A DNA stretch of 64,000 nt, from assembly GCA_963764625.1 (NCBI GenBank), contig CAVXTH010000009.1:320001-384000 (forward strand). The letters are read 5' to 3'. Positions 1-11,181 of the stretch are shown piece by piece. Position numbers and translations under genes: made by a program. This DNA is from Candidatus Krumholzibacteriota bacterium (GTDB lineage Bacteria; Krumholzibacteriota; Krumholzibacteriia; JAJRXK01). Position 1 is the stretch's first letter. Every line of letters starts with the position of its first letter. The notes beneath the pieces are model-generated. The model was not told the DNA's origin. It saw only the letters and a list, made by a program, of their open reading frames with translations, and did no database searches.

Positions 1-2
1 TG

Positions 3-437
3 AGTCCTTTCATCCAGTCGCCGTTCAACGAATTCGGTGCCGTGGTTTCTCCCGACGGTAACTGGGTTGCCTACAGCGCCACGAGTTCCGATCGGAGCGA
101 AGTCTACGTTTCGAAGATGGATGGGGGGGATCGCTCTCAGGTCTCCGTCGACGGCGGGACCGGAGCCCGCTGGGCAGGTGACGGGCGAACTCTCTATTTT
201 GCCGGTACTCAAGGTGAGGCTCTGTATCGAGTCGGTGTGACCCTCACTCCGGAATTTCGCGCGAGCCGGCCCGAGATGATTCTCTCCCACGAACAGCTCG
301 GCGGATATGTCGAGAGCTACGATGTGTACCCTGAGAGCGAGCGTCTGGCCATCGTGCTCAACCGCGATACACAGGGACAGAGTGCGTTCCGCATCCTGAT
401 GAACGTCCCGGCGGAACTCGAGAGGCGCATGAGATGA
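3..437 (+). CDS. C-terminal part of a TolB-like/PD40 beta-propeller protein, possibly the tail of a Ser/Thr kinase-PD40 protein; 5' end truncated by the window
   Basis: Frame is open from base 3 and reads SPFNEFGAVVSPDGNWVAYS...EVYV, a PD40-type repeat, followed by QVSVDGGTGARW and a YDVYPE tail. Confidence 0.7.
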   Translation, partial: SPFIQSPFNEFGAVVSPDGNWVAYSATSSDRSEVYVSKMDGGDRSQVSVDGGTGARWAGDGRTLYFAGTQGEALYRVGVTLTPEFRASRPEMILSHEQLGGYVESYDVYPESERLAIVLNRDTQGQSAFRILMNVPAELERRMR

Positions 438-1282
438 ACATTTTCAAGACAAATTTGCTCTGCCTTCGTGCGGGTGCATCCTTGGTTCTGTTGATGGCAA
501 CGCGAGCCGGTGCCCAGAACATCATGAGTTTCGAGGACTATCAGGCACTGGATCACGTCGAACCCTATGTCTATCAGCTTGACACGGAGAAGGGATCTCT
601 TCTCTATTTTGGATCCCGTCATTCCTTCTTGCCCTCGGACCCACAAATGGAAGCCCTTTCCAGGGCTTGGACCTCCTTTCGACCCCAGATGGCTTTCACT
701 GAAGGCGGAGAGCTTTCCATTGATTCGCTCACGAAGGAGCAAATCATTCAACGTTACGGCGAATTCGGGATGACCTGGTGGTTGGCTCGAAGAGACAGTG
801 TACAGGTTCGTTCCTTGGACCCGGATCGAAAGGCCGAAGTGGCCCATTTGCAGGGCAGGGGGTGGACGGGGGAGCAGCTCATGCTGTTCTTTACCCTCCG
901 CAAAGTGGCTCAGAGTCAGGAACAACTCGTGAATGTCGATCTCGCGGAGGTACTCCCCCAATACCTACAATCGATGGTTCATCGCTTCGGTTTGAAGGGA
1001 CCGACGAATATCAAAGAGTTCGAGAAGGCGGTGAAGCGGCTGCTGCCGAGCCTGGAGAACTGGAGGACGATTTCGATGTCCTATTTCTATCCTGGTCCAC
1101 AAGATCCATCCTATTTCACCAACCAAATAGCCACCGATTCCAATCACTTTCGGGACCAATATCAGGTTAAGCTCCTGCTCGAGGCGGTCGACGGAGGGAA
1201 GCGCGTCTTCGCGATCGCGGGCTCGGCACATGCTGTCATGCAAGAGCCGGCGCTCAGAGCGGCCCTGAAGTCCCAAGAATGA
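434..1282 (+). CDS. Secreted hypothetical protein, possibly TraB/ChaN-like fold
   Basis: 282 aa with an N-terminal signal-like segment ending AGA-Q; motifs YFGSRH, TEGG, FRD and AIAGSAH; ATGA overlaps with both neighbours. Confidence 0.55.
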   Translation: MNIFKTNLLCLRAGASLVLLMATRAGAQNIMSFEDYQALDHVEPYVYQLDTEKGSLLYFGSRHSFLPSDPQMEALSRAWTSFRPQMAFTEGGELSIDSLTKEQIIQRYGEFGMTWWLARRDSVQVRSLDPDRKAEVAHLQGRGWTGEQLMLFFTLRKVAQSQEQLVNVDLAEVLPQYLQSMVHRFGLKGPTNIKEFEKAVKRLLPSLENWRTISMSYFYPGPQDPSYFTNQIATDSNHFRDQYQVKLLLEAVDGGKRVFAIAGSAHAVMQEPALRAALKSQE

Positions 1283-2175
1283 AGACGACATTGCAGCGTC
1301 AGTCTCTACCCGAACCCCAAGCGAAGGACGAGCGGGAGGAGTCTCCGCGCCGAAGGAGGGTGGCGCTCGTCAGCGGTGCGAGTTCGGGGATCGGCCGCCT
1401 GGTGGCGCGCGATCTGGCCTTGCGGAATTTCCGGGTCGTGCTCCTGGTTCGCGATGAGGCCCGCGGTCGCAGCGCCCAGAATTGGATTCGCGCCACCACC
1501 GAGAGTGACGCGACGGAACTCCTGCTTTGCGACTTGGGCGATCTCGAGCAGGTCCACCGCGCAATCGCGGTCATGGGCGAGCGGCACGAGATTCTCGATC
1601 TGCTGGTGAACAACGCCGGGCTCATCTCGCGCCAGCATCGACTCAGTCCGCAGGGCCACGAGTGGACGCTGGCGGTGAATCACCTCGGCCCCTTCCTACT
1701 CACGAACCAGCTCCTGAGTCTCTTGCCCAGCGGGGCCCGGATCGTCAACCTTGCTTCGGTCGCGCACACGCGGGGGAGAATCGACTTCGACAATATGGAG
1801 CTTTCCTCGCACTACTCCTTCTGGGAGGCCTACGCCAGGTCGAAGCTGGCCAACATCCTGTTCACCTACGCCCTGGCACGACGGCTAAAAGAACGCCGTA
1901 TCGCGGTGAATTGTCTGCACCCGGGAACGCTTCCCACCGGGATCGCCATGGGTTACTCCAGACTCGTCGGCTGGCTCTGGCGCGCGGGCGCGCCTTTCTT
2001 CAAGAAAGTCAGCGAGGGAAGCGACGCGGTGATCTACTTGGCCACCGCACCCCAGCTCGAGGGCGTCAGCGGCGCCTACTTCCATCTGAAGAAGCAGGCG
2101 GAATCTTCGCCACTGAGTCGAGACGAGAGCTTGCAGGAGGAGTTCTGGCGCTGGTCTTTGGCCGCGATTCAGTAG
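1279..2175 (+). CDS. SDR family oxidoreductase (retinol dehydrogenase-like)
   Basis: SGASSGIG Rossmann motif, LVNNAG, VNHLGPFLLT, catalytic YARSK, LHPG. Confidence 0.9.
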   Translation: MKTTLQRQSLPEPQAKDEREESPRRRRVALVSGASSGIGRLVARDLALRNFRVVLLVRDEARGRSAQNWIRATTESDATELLLCDLGDLEQVHRAIAVMGERHEILDLLVNNAGLISRQHRLSPQGHEWTLAVNHLGPFLLTNQLLSLLPSGARIVNLASVAHTRGRIDFDNMELSSHYSFWEAYARSKLANILFTYALARRLKERRIAVNCLHPGTLPTGIAMGYSRLVGWLWRAGAPFFKKVSEGSDAVIYLATAPQLEGVSGAYFHLKKQAESSPLSRDESLQEEFWRWSLAAIQ

Positions 2176-3158
2176 CGTGGCGGGGCCGGCGGCTTGTTGT
2201 CCAGGATCTTCTCGATGCGCTCCATCACTGGCTCGTCCAATTTGGGGACGAGATCGATGGCCTTCAGATTCTCGCGCAGTTGATCGACGTGCGAAGCGCC
2301 TAGAATGACGGTGCTCACCCGATCGTTCTTCAGACACCAGGCAATCGCGAGCCGGGTCAGACTGACTCCGAGTTCCTTGGCCACCGGTTCCAGCTGGGCT
2401 GCCTTGCCGATCTTGACCTTTCCCTCCGGTGAGAAGATGAGTTCCTTGAGCCACTCGTAGCCGGGCAGACTCAAGCGCGAGCCTTCGGGGACGCCGTCCT
2501 TGTACTTTCCGGTCAGGATTCCCGATGCGAGGGGGGACCAAATCGTCGTGCCCAGGCCCACGGTCTCGTAGAGGTGGTGGTACTCCGCTTCGACGCGCTG
2601 TCGGGAGAGCATGTTGTACTGGGGCTGCTCCATCACCGGAGGGGTCAGGCCCCACTCGCGCGCTACTTTGTGTGCCTCCATGATCTCCACCGCGCTCCAC
2701 TCGCTGGTTCCCCAGTAGAGGACTTTTCCCTGGCGAATGAGGTTGTCCATCGCACGCACCGTCTCCGCAATGGGTGTGTCCAGGTCGGGGCGATGGCAGA
2801 AAAAGAGGTCGAGGTAATCCAGTTGGAAGCGGCGTAGAGCCGCGTGGCAGGCGTCATGCACGTGTTTGGCGGAGAGCCCGCGTTGGCTGGGCTTCTCACC
2901 GCCCCAGTAGACCTTCGAAGACACGCAGTAAGTATCGCGGTTCCAACCCACCTGCTTGAGCACGCGCCCCATGATCTCCTCGGAATGACCCGCCGCGTAC
3001 GCTTCGGCGTTGTCGAAGAAATTGACTCCCGCCTCGTACGCCACCTCCATGCACTCGCGGGCCGTCTTGTCGCCGAGTTGGAGGTCGAAGGTCACCCAGG
3101 AACCGAAGGAGAGGGCGGAGATCTGGAGGCCGCTGCGGCCCAATCTGCGGTACTGCAT
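2169..3158 (-). CDS. Aldo/keto reductase, Kv-beta (AKR6) like
   Basis: MQYRRLGRSGLQIS, FFDNAEAY, YWGTSEWSA, EQPQYNML, WSPLASGILTGKY; start moved to the Met at 3158. Confidence 0.93.
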   Translation of the reverse strand: MQYRRLGRSGLQISALSFGSWVTFDLQLGDKTARECMEVAYEAGVNFFDNAEAYAAGHSEEIMGRVLKQVGWNRDTYCVSSKVYWGGEKPSQRGLSAKHVHDACHAALRRFQLDYLDLFFCHRPDLDTPIAETVRAMDNLIRQGKVLYWGTSEWSAVEIMEAHKVAREWGLTPPVMEQPQYNMLSRQRVEAEYHHLYETVGLGTTIWSPLASGILTGKYKDGVPEGSRLSLPGYEWLKELIFSPEGKVKIGKAAQLEPVAKELGVSLTRLAIAWCLKNDRVSTVILGASHVDQLRENLKAIDLVPKLDEPVMERIEKILDNKPPAPPRY

Positions 3159-3277
3159 GTGTTTGTTGGCCTTTCCGGCAGGGGGATTGTCAGGCTCACT
3201 CGTTTCTGGGTACACTAACACCGATGGGGGCAGTCTGTCTCGCGCGCATCTTTTCTCTTCCCAAGGTAAACACGATC

Positions 3278-6200
3278 ATGCGACCGACTCGACGCATCCA
3301 GGGGCTCGTAGGGCTCGCCCTCGTTGGTCTCCTTCTCATCTTTCTTCCCAAGGGGAAGCCGGATCATTACCAGCAGCAGTTGGCGCAACTGAAACTCCAG
3401 CGGCAGCACGTTCAGGATGGTTCGCCGGCCGCCTACCACATCGATTCCAAGATCGAGGAAATCCAGAGCGTGCAGCAGGACACTCCCGCGAGCGATCACC
3501 CCGATCTCTTCTTGAAGATCCTCCACGACATGAAGATTCCCGCCGACCGAAGCGAGGATGAGTACCAGAAGGGATACCGTACGCTCGAATTGAAGAGGGC
3601 AAGGGCGAGTTCGAAAACCGCGAGTACCCCGCTGCCATGGACGGAGCGAGGCCCCGCCAACGTCGCGGGTCGCGTGCGCGGACTCCTGGTCGATCCCTCG
3701 GATACCACTGGAAATACCTGGTTTGTCGGGTCCGCCGGGGGCGGCGTCTGGAAGACGGCCGACGCTGGAGCAAATTGGGCGCGGGTTACCCAAGACCCGC
3801 AGAGCTACGCGACTTCGACCCTCGCCCAGTGCGCGAGCCAACCCGACGTCATCTATACGGGCACAGGCGAGAGCTTCTTCAACATCGATACCATGAATGG
3901 CAACGGGATGATCAAGTCCATCAACCATGGTGTGACGTGGACTCCGCTCGCCAGCACACTCGACGACCCTCTCTTCAACAACATCTCGCGCATCCTGGTC
4001 GATCCCAACGATCCCGACGTCGTGATCGTCGCCGCCACCACCGGTCGTTACAAACTCGACTACAACATCAGCACGAATATCTTCAAGTCCACCAACGGCG
4101 GCGCCAGCTGGACGACGGTCTTCACCCAAGTCCGATGTGGGCAAAGACGTACAGGACCTGATTGCCACGCCGGGCCATTTCGACGTGCTCTACGCGGGAG
4201 TGCGGCCAAGAAGGCGTGCTGAAGTCCACCGACTCCGGGGACAGCTGGTCCTACACGAATGCCGGGATCAACGACTTCACCGGCCGCTTCGAGCTCGCCA
4301 TCTCCCCCGTGAATACGAACCGCGTCTTCGCGGCGGCGCAAGGCGCGTCGGGGACCTCGGTGACTGTGGCATTCGTCGGACGCGGGCGGCTATTGGACCA
4401 AGACGGCCGAGTTGGGCAGCTGAACCCAATTGGCTCGGCGCCCAGGGTTGGTACGACAACACCATACTGTGTGATCCCACCAATGCGGACGTCTTGTACG
4501 TGGGCGGAATCCAACTTTGGAAGATCACCATGCTCAACGAGGGTCAAGGTCAGAGTACCCTGCTCGATCAGAGCGGAGTGCACGTCGATCATCATAATCT
4601 CGCGCTCTTGCCGGGGAATCTCAGCACGCCGTGGCGTCTTCTTGATGCGAACGACGGCGGGGTGGCCGTCTCTGCCGACATGGATACCGGGTGGAGCATG
4701 CCGATCCTGGGTTTGAACACGACGCAGTTTTACGGGGTCGACAAGAAGCCGGGCGCCAGCGCGTACATCGGCGGCATGCAGGACAATGGCACCTGGCGAT
4801 CGCCCGAGGATCCCGGCTCCCTCACGCCCTGGATTTACCAGATCGGCGGCGATGGCTACGAGACTTCGTGGAGTTTCGCGGATCCGCTCAAGATCGCCGG
4901 CGGGTACCAATACAATGGGATCCTGCGCTCGCTCGATGGCGGAACGACCTGGAACCCGGGGACCAATGGGCTGGGAGACACGGGGAGCAGCTCGGCTCCG
5001 TTCATCACCAAGATCGGCAAATCCGACGACGCGCCCGATCTGCTCTTCGCGGTGGGGGCGTCCGGTGTTTGGCGCAGCGACGACTTCGCGGCCAATTGGA
5101 GCCTCGCCAGCATGAATACCGCCGATTGGCAGTTCTCCAGCTTCCTGGACGTCAAGATCTCCCGGGCCAATCCCGACGTGGTCTGGGCGGGCGCGAGCAT
5201 GGATGCCGGCGGCTCCATCTACCTCTCGACCGACGGAGGTCTGAGTTTCGCACCGGTCCCGAACTACACCACCGTGACCCTGGGCGGAATCTCGGGGTTG
5301 GCCACTCATCCCACCGACGACCAGACGGCCTACGCACTCTTCTCCTTCGCGGGCCGGCCGAAGATCCTGCGCACTCAAGATCAGGGCCAGAGCTGGCAGG
5401 ACATCACCGGATTTCAGTCCGGCGCCCCCAGCAGCAACGGTTTTCCCGACGTGGCGGTCTACGACCTCCTGGTTCTGCCGGACCAGCCGACCACGCTGTG
5501 GGCGGGGACCGAGATCGGTCTCTTCGAGTCGACGGACGACGGGGCATCGTGGCACCTGGCCGACAACGGTCTGCCGAACGTGGGAATCTGGGCCCTGAGC
5601 GCGGTCGAGGATGAAGTGGTGGTGGCGACTCACGGTCTGGGCATCTGGTCGGTCAAGCGGCCCAGCATGGTGGCGGGAAAGACCTTCACCCCACTCATCG
5701 AAAATCTGTACCAAAACCCCTTGGGCGAATTGATCGTCGAGACGACTCTTCGTTCGGCCTACGATTCCACCGAGGTCCGCATGAACGGATCACCCGCGAC
5801 GGTGCTTCCCGCCAACGCGGCCGGCGATCGGCCCCAGGTTCAGTTGGCGGTGCTGCTCACCGGCACGGCGCAAATCCAGTTGGTCTCTCACCTGGGCGCC
5901 TCGACCTATGCCTCTCCGGTGAAGTCTCTCTCGGTCTACGCGCTGGGCTCGCCCGTCTTCAGCTATTCGACCGATTTCAACGGGGGGAATCCGGATTTTG
6001 CCGGAGTAGGAATGAACATCTCTCTAGAGCCCGATTTCAGCGACGAGGCCATCCACTCCGCGCATGACTACGCGGACAACTCGACTTCGACCTCGACTCT
6101 CACCGTTCCCATTTTAGTGGCTCAGTCCGACGCGACCATGGAGTACGACGAAGTGGTTCTGGTGGAACCAGGTGAGACGGGCACCGTCTTCGGCGATTTC

Positions 6201-6782
6201 GGATTCTGGGACTACGTGATCGTGGAGGGAACCAAGGACGGCATCACCTGGTTGCCACTCCTGGACGGATACGACAGTCGCTACGACCAGGATTGGCTCA
6301 ATGCCTATAACAACTCCGAATCTGGACGCCAATCTCTCTATCGCCATCACAGCCTGGATCTGTTGAACACTTTCGATTGGGGAGACACCATTATGGTGCG
6401 ATTCCGCCTCCACGCTGACGCGGGAGTCCATGCCTGGGGCTGGGCGATCGACAATCTCTCCATCCAGCTGGGCAGCCCGACCGGGGTGGAGAATACGCCG
6501 GCGCCTCGCTTCGCTCTGGACCAGAATTTTCCCAACCCCTTCAACCCCCAGACTTCGATCCGCTACACCGTTCCCTCCAGCGGCCACGTGAGTTTGAGAG
6601 TCTACGATCAAAGGGGGCGGCTCGTGAGGACTCTGGTGGATGGCGCGCAGAAAGAGGGGGAGAGGGTGGTGGTCTGGGACGGCCGCGCCGACGATGGGGC
6701 GAGAGTGTCCAGCGGAATCTACCTGTATCAGCTGAAAGCCGGGGAACTCGTCGAGCAGCACAAGATGACGCTGGTGAAATGA
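3278..6782 (+). pseudogene. Large secreted BNR/VPS10-type beta-propeller protein with C-terminal FlgD-Ig/T9SS-type domain, broken by four +1 frameshifts (probably sequencing errors)
   Basis: WTERGPANVAGRVR, many SxDxGxxW Asp-boxes, HVDHH, GGMQDNG, C-terminal QNFPNPFNPQTSIRY...KMTLVK. A continuous protein is recovered by removing one base near each of 4129, 4205, 4363 and 4420. Confidence 0.8.
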
Positions 6783-6790
6783 GGGGCAGC

Positions 6791-9199
6791 TCAGCCCCGG
6801 CCCTTCACGGCCTTGGGCTCCGGCGCCTGTGGCGTGCTGACGGCTCTCTCCCAGAACTCCAGGGCTTTCTGCATCGCCTCGTAGAGAACGCTTCCTTTAG
6901 GATACCGCCCCTTCGCGTTTCGCTTGCCGGCCGGCATGCCGGTGAAGATGTGCAAGGCCTCGTGCACCGTGCCCACCGCCCACACTGCGAACTGCCCTTT
7001 GGCGCAGGCCTTCACGACGTCCTCTCGAAGTTGTAGATCGTTCGCGTTGGCGCTAGGGATGATGACCCCTTGGGTACCGCTCAAGCCCTGGTCGGCGCAA
7101 GTGTCGAAGAACCCTTCGATCTTCTCGTTCACCGCGCCGATGGCCATGATGTTGCCCATCTGATCGATGGCGCCGGTCATGGCGATGTCTTGGCGAAGCG
7201 AGATGTCGGTGAGCGCGCTCAAGAGGCAACAGGTCTCCGCGCCCGAAGCGGAATCGCCGTCGATACCGCCATAGCTCTGTTCGAACGCGACGCTCGCGTC
7301 GAACGCCAGCGGATGCTCGGTGCGGAGCAAGTGCCTCAAGAGTCCTCCGAGGATGTAGAAACCCTTGGTGTGAATTGCGCCCGAGAGAGCCGATTCGCGT
7401 TCGATGTTGATCACGCCCGCGGTCCCAGGACCGATGGTCGCGGTGATGCGCGCGGGGAATCCGTAGGTCATGTTGCCAGCGGAAATGACCGCCAGTCCAT
7501 TGACCTGACCCACTTGACTGCCGGAGGTGGAGACGCGGATGGTGCCCTCGGCGATTTGACGGCGAAAGCGGCGCGAGGGATGGTCGGCGCGTGACTTGCG
7601 CCGATGGATCGCTTCCTTCACGTGGGTATCCTTCACCAGATTCGTATTCTCCCGTGAAGCCAGCCAAGCGGACTCTCGCACCAGGTCTGCCATGCGTCCG
7701 AACCGGGCCGTGATGCGTCTCCCGTCCGCCGCGACTCTCACGCCATGCTCGATGAGCGCCGCGACCCCCTCGCGGGAGAAATGGGGAAGACTCTCTTCGC
7801 GAACGAAGCGCGCGACCCAGCGCGCATAGTCACGCGCCCCGGCCCTGTCGTTGGGAATCGTCACCTCGAAATCAGCCAGGACCTTGAAGAGGTCGCGGAA
7901 ATTCGAGTCGATCTCGTCGAGGAGGTAGAAGATCTGCGTGTCGCCGAGCAGAACGACCTTCACCTCGATGTCGATCGACTCTGGCTTGAGGCCGGGGCCG
8001 GGCCAGGGCCCCATGGCTTCCGGTGGTTGGACTTCGAGTTTTCCCGTGCGCAGGGTGCGCACCAAATACTTCCAGGCCTCGGGATCGGAGAGGAGATCGT
8101 GGGCTTCCAGAATGAGGTACCCGCCATCCGCGGCCAGGAGTGATCCCGCACAAATTCCCATGTGACTCGCGCGAGGCTCCTGGTCAGGCGTGTACTCCAG
8201 GTTGATGGTGCCGACCAAATTGGAAAGCGTCGGGGTTCCCTCGACGACCACCGGGCAGGAGGTCTGACCCGAGCGATCGACCACCACGTTCACCCGATAG
8301 AAGCTGGTGAACGAGGTATCTTTTCCGAGCTGTGGGAGCCGCTGCTCCATGAGATCTTTGAGAAGTTCATCGAGCCACTTCTGCACCGCTAGCTCGGGGA
8401 AGGCCCGTCGCACTAGCTGCAGACGGCGGTGCAAGGCTTGCTCCACCGTGGTGCGAAAGAGCTTCTCCACTTGCTCGGAGTACGACTCGCGAATTTCCCC
8501 CGCCTTTTCGTGGATCTCCTCGAGCTCCTTCTCGTAATGGCGCCGGCTCTCGCTCACGCGCTGATACGCGGCATCGTCGATCGTCCCCTCGGCGTGGAGC
8601 CGGTCGTATTCCTCCGGGACCACGGCCTCTCCCTTGACCAGGGGAAAGATCGCCTTTTCCGACATGGCCTGGGTCTGCACGGTGACCAGACCGAGCCCGG
8701 CCGCGGTGAGCGATTTCTCGAAGGGCTGAATCACCGATTGCAGTGTCTGCTCGGCGGCCCTTTCCAGGGCCTGGCGACGGGCCGAGACCGTGTCGGAGCT
8801 GAGGATCTCCCTGAGCCCGGTCTGTACGAACGCAGCCAGATGCCGCATGTGGCGGCGAAAGATGGCTCCCTGGCCGGCCGCGAGAGTGAGGAGACGGGGT
8901 TGATCGGGTTGCGCGAAATTGTGCAGATAGCAGCGATCGCGCAGAGGAGGGCTCTCGACCCGAAGTTCCTCCAGGAGTTTCTTCACCAGAGTGGAGCGGC
9001 CGGTGCCACTCAATCCGCGCACGAAGACGTGATGCTCCTTGATCTTGCTGCTCAACCCGAATTGAAGCGCGTCGAGGGCATCACCCTGGCCGATGATCTT
9101 GCGGAGCGGTTGGAGCCGTGCGGTCGATTCGAAATCGAGCCGGTTCAAGGGACAGCTCCAGCGGAGCTTCTTGGCGGAGAGAGGTCGAGGTGTCGGCAT
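6791..9199 (-). CDS. Lon-like protease (AAA_32 plus Lon_C, LonB/LonC type)
   Basis: P-loop-like GLSGTGRST, coiled-coil insert, GQVNGLAV, FEQSYGGIDGDSAS (catalytic Ser), GAVNEKIEGF (catalytic Lys). Confidence 0.9.
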   Translation of the reverse strand: MPTPRPLSAKKLRWSCPLNRLDFESTARLQPLRKIIGQGDALDALQFGLSSKIKEHHVFVRGLSGTGRSTLVKKLLEELRVESPPLRDRCYLHNFAQPDQPRLLTLAAGQGAIFRRHMRHLAAFVQTGLREILSSDTVSARRQALERAAEQTLQSVIQPFEKSLTAAGLGLVTVQTQAMSEKAIFPLVKGEAVVPEEYDRLHAEGTIDDAAYQRVSESRRHYEKELEEIHEKAGEIRESYSEQVEKLFRTTVEQALHRRLQLVRRAFPELAVQKWLDELLKDLMEQRLPQLGKDTSFTSFYRVNVVVDRSGQTSCPVVVEGTPTLSNLVGTINLEYTPDQEPRASHMGICAGSLLAADGGYLILEAHDLLSDPEAWKYLVRTLRTGKLEVQPPEAMGPWPGPGLKPESIDIEVKVVLLGDTQIFYLLDEIDSNFRDLFKVLADFEVTIPNDRAGARDYARWVARFVREESLPHFSREGVAALIEHGVRVAADGRRITARFGRMADLVRESAWLASRENTNLVKDTHVKEAIHRRKSRADHPSRRFRRQIAEGTIRVSTSGSQVGQVNGLAVISAGNMTYGFPARITATIGPGTAGVINIERESALSGAIHTKGFYILGGLLRHLLRTEHPLAFDASVAFEQSYGGIDGDSASGAETCCLLSALTDISLRQDIAMTGAIDQMGNIMAIGAVNEKIEGFFDTCADQGLSGTQGVIIPSANANDLQLREDVVKACAKGQFAVWAVGTVHEALHIFTGMPAGKRNAKGRYPKGSVLYEAMQKALEFWERAVSTPQAPEPKAVKGRG

Positions 9200-9220
9200 C
9201 GTGTCCTCCTGGCTTCCATC

Positions 9221-9286
9221 ACGCTAGGCCTCGCCGCGAGGCAGGTCAATAATGGCTTGCGTTCGCCTTTACGGGACGACTACCGT
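9221..9286. promoter_or_regulatory. Back-to-back sigma70-type promoters for the Lon-like gene and ctaA
   Basis: Minus strand TTGACC-N17-TAGCGT (9249-9221) with palindrome GCCTCGC-C-GCGAGGC in its spacer; plus strand TTGCGT-N18-TACCGT (9257-9286). Confidence 0.5.
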
Positions 9287-9333
9287 GTCGGGGGTTCACG
9301 TAAATCCAATCACTCGATTCCGGCCATCGTGTC

Positions 9334-10419
9334 ATGCCACCAGACAAGAGCCGCGCTGACTCTCCAGCTGCGAGCTTCGCCAAGCGCCGCCGTTTCAGAA
9401 GGGTCTGCTGGGCCACCTTGATCGCGGTCTATGGTCTGATCGTGATCGGGGGAGTAGTGCGTAGCACTGGAGCTGGGATGGGCTGCCCGGACTGGCCCAC
9501 GTGTTTCGGACGTCTGATTCCTCCCACCTCTGAGTCGCAGCTCCCCGCCGACTACAAGGAGATCTACCTGGCCAAGCGCCAGGCCAAGAACGAGAAACTG
9601 GCCCGGATGCTCAGCGCGCTGGGATTCTCAGGCCTGGCGAGTGACCTGCGGCACGAACAGACGGTCGGGCAGGAGAGCGAGTTCAACGCGGCCAAGACCT
9701 GGACCGAGTATCTCAACCGCCTGGCGGGAGTGAGCGTGGGGTTCCTCTTCATTGCCACTTTCGTGTTCGCGCTGGCCTACCGCCGTTCGCGGCCCCTGGT
9801 GGTCTGGCTGAGTGCCCTGGCGCTGGTTACCGTCGGCTTCAACGGCTGGGCCGGATCCATCGTCGTCTCCACGAATCTCCTGCCGTGGATGGTGACCGTA
9901 CACATGCTCCTGGCGCTTCTTCTGGTGGCGTTGCTCGTGGTGCTTCTTCATCTCACGCGGTCGGCCGAAGAAGAGAGTACCGTTTTCGAACGGGGTCCGC
10001 TCAACGCGGTCCTTCTTGCGGCCGTCGGGTGCATGGTCATCCAGGTGGCGCTGGGAACCCAGGTCCGTGAAAACGTGGACACGGTCGCCCACATGATGGA
10101 CAACACCCTCAGAGAGACCTGGATTCAGAACCTGGGATTGATCTTCTACGTGCATCGCAGCTTCTCGATTCTTCTGGTGCTGCTCGCCGGCGCTCTGCTC
10201 TGGCTCGCGCGCCGGCGAGTTTCGTCTGGATCTCCCCTCCTCAAATGGTGCAGGGTGCTCTTCTTCGCCACGCTCTTCGAGGTGGCCGCGGGAGCCGTGT
10301 TGGCCTACCTGGCGCTGCCGCCTCTGGTACAGCCTCTGCATCTGGTGATGGCGGCGATCATCTTTGGTCTTCAGCTGCAGATCCTCTTGCGTCTGAACGG
10401 GAGACCTTCTCCGGCGTGA
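9334..10419 (+). CDS. ctaA: Heme A synthase (COX15/CtaA)
   Basis: GGVVRSTGAGMGCPDWPTCFG, EYLNRLAG, VTVHMLLA, YVHRS, QPLHL; about 8 TM helices. Confidence 0.92.
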   Translation: MPPDKSRADSPAASFAKRRRFRRVCWATLIAVYGLIVIGGVVRSTGAGMGCPDWPTCFGRLIPPTSESQLPADYKEIYLAKRQAKNEKLARMLSALGFSGLASDLRHEQTVGQESEFNAAKTWTEYLNRLAGVSVGFLFIATFVFALAYRRSRPLVVWLSALALVTVGFNGWAGSIVVSTNLLPWMVTVHMLLALLLVALLVVLLHLTRSAEEESTVFERGPLNAVLLAAVGCMVIQVALGTQVRENVDTVAHMMDNTLRETWIQNLGLIFYVHRSFSILLVLLAGALLWLARRRVSSGSPLLKWCRVLFFATLFEVAAGAVLAYLALPPLVQPLHLVMAAIIFGLQLQILLRLNGRPSPA

Positions 10420-11036
10420 GTCAGTACTTTCATATCCACCCCGAGACGCCGCAGCTGCGCCTGTTGCGTCAGACCGTTTCCATACTGGAAGACGGTGGGG
10501 TCATCGTCTATCCCACCGATTCCACCTACGCCTTCGGCTGCGCCATCGGCGACAAGGCCGCCCTCGAGAGGATCTGCCGCATCCGTCACATCGATCAACG
10601 GCACAACTTCACCCTGTGTTGCCGCGATCTCTCCGAGTCCGGCACCTACGCGACGTTCAGTACACCGGTCTACCGGCTCCTGAAGGCGAATACTCCCGGG
10701 GGCTACACCTTCATTCTGCGCGCAAGCCATGAAGTACCACGACGGCTCATGCATCCCAAGCGAAAGACCATTGGGCTGAGGGTTCCCGATCACCCCGTCA
10801 CCCAGGCTCTGCTCCAGGAACTGGGCGCTCCCCTGATGACCACCTCGCTGATCCTCGCCGGGGAGACGGTGCCTTTCACCGACCCGCAGGTCATCCGGGA
10901 GAAACTCGAGAGTCAGGTCGACCTGATCGTGGATGGCGGCTTTGGTGGACTCACGCCCACCACTGTCGTCGACCTCACCGACGACTTTCCCCGGGTGATT
11001 CGCGAGGGGTGTGGCGACCCGACGCCCTTCGTCTGA
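10416..11036 (+). CDS. yciO: YciO/Sua5-YrdC family protein
   Basis: GTG start overlaps the ctaA stop; SQYFHIHPETPQLR, VIVYPTDSTY, PGGYTFIL, RKTIGLRVPDH. Confidence 0.9.
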   Translation: MSQYFHIHPETPQLRLLRQTVSILEDGGVIVYPTDSTYAFGCAIGDKAALERICRIRHIDQRHNFTLCCRDLSESGTYATFSTPVYRLLKANTPGGYTFILRASHEVPRRLMHPKRKTIGLRVPDHPVTQALLQELGAPLMTTSLILAGETVPFTDPQVIREKLESQVDLIVDGGFGGLTPTTVVDLTDDFPRVIREGCGDPTPFV

Positions 11037-11181
11037 ACCGGATCTGAAGTCCGCGATTCATTGAAACTATCCGCACCTCACTCGGTCAGCTTGATTTGCG
11101 AGAGCGGCCGGGTTAGCCTTCTGCGAGAAGGATCGAAGAACCGGTAAATCCCCCCCAAAAAAGGCTTCATCACAAACCGCC

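Noticed and set aside
4358-4425. TGA codons in the beta-propeller gene as possible selenocysteine or readthrough
   Set aside because: They sit at frameshift junctions and vanish when single inserted bases are removed; there is no redox Cys context
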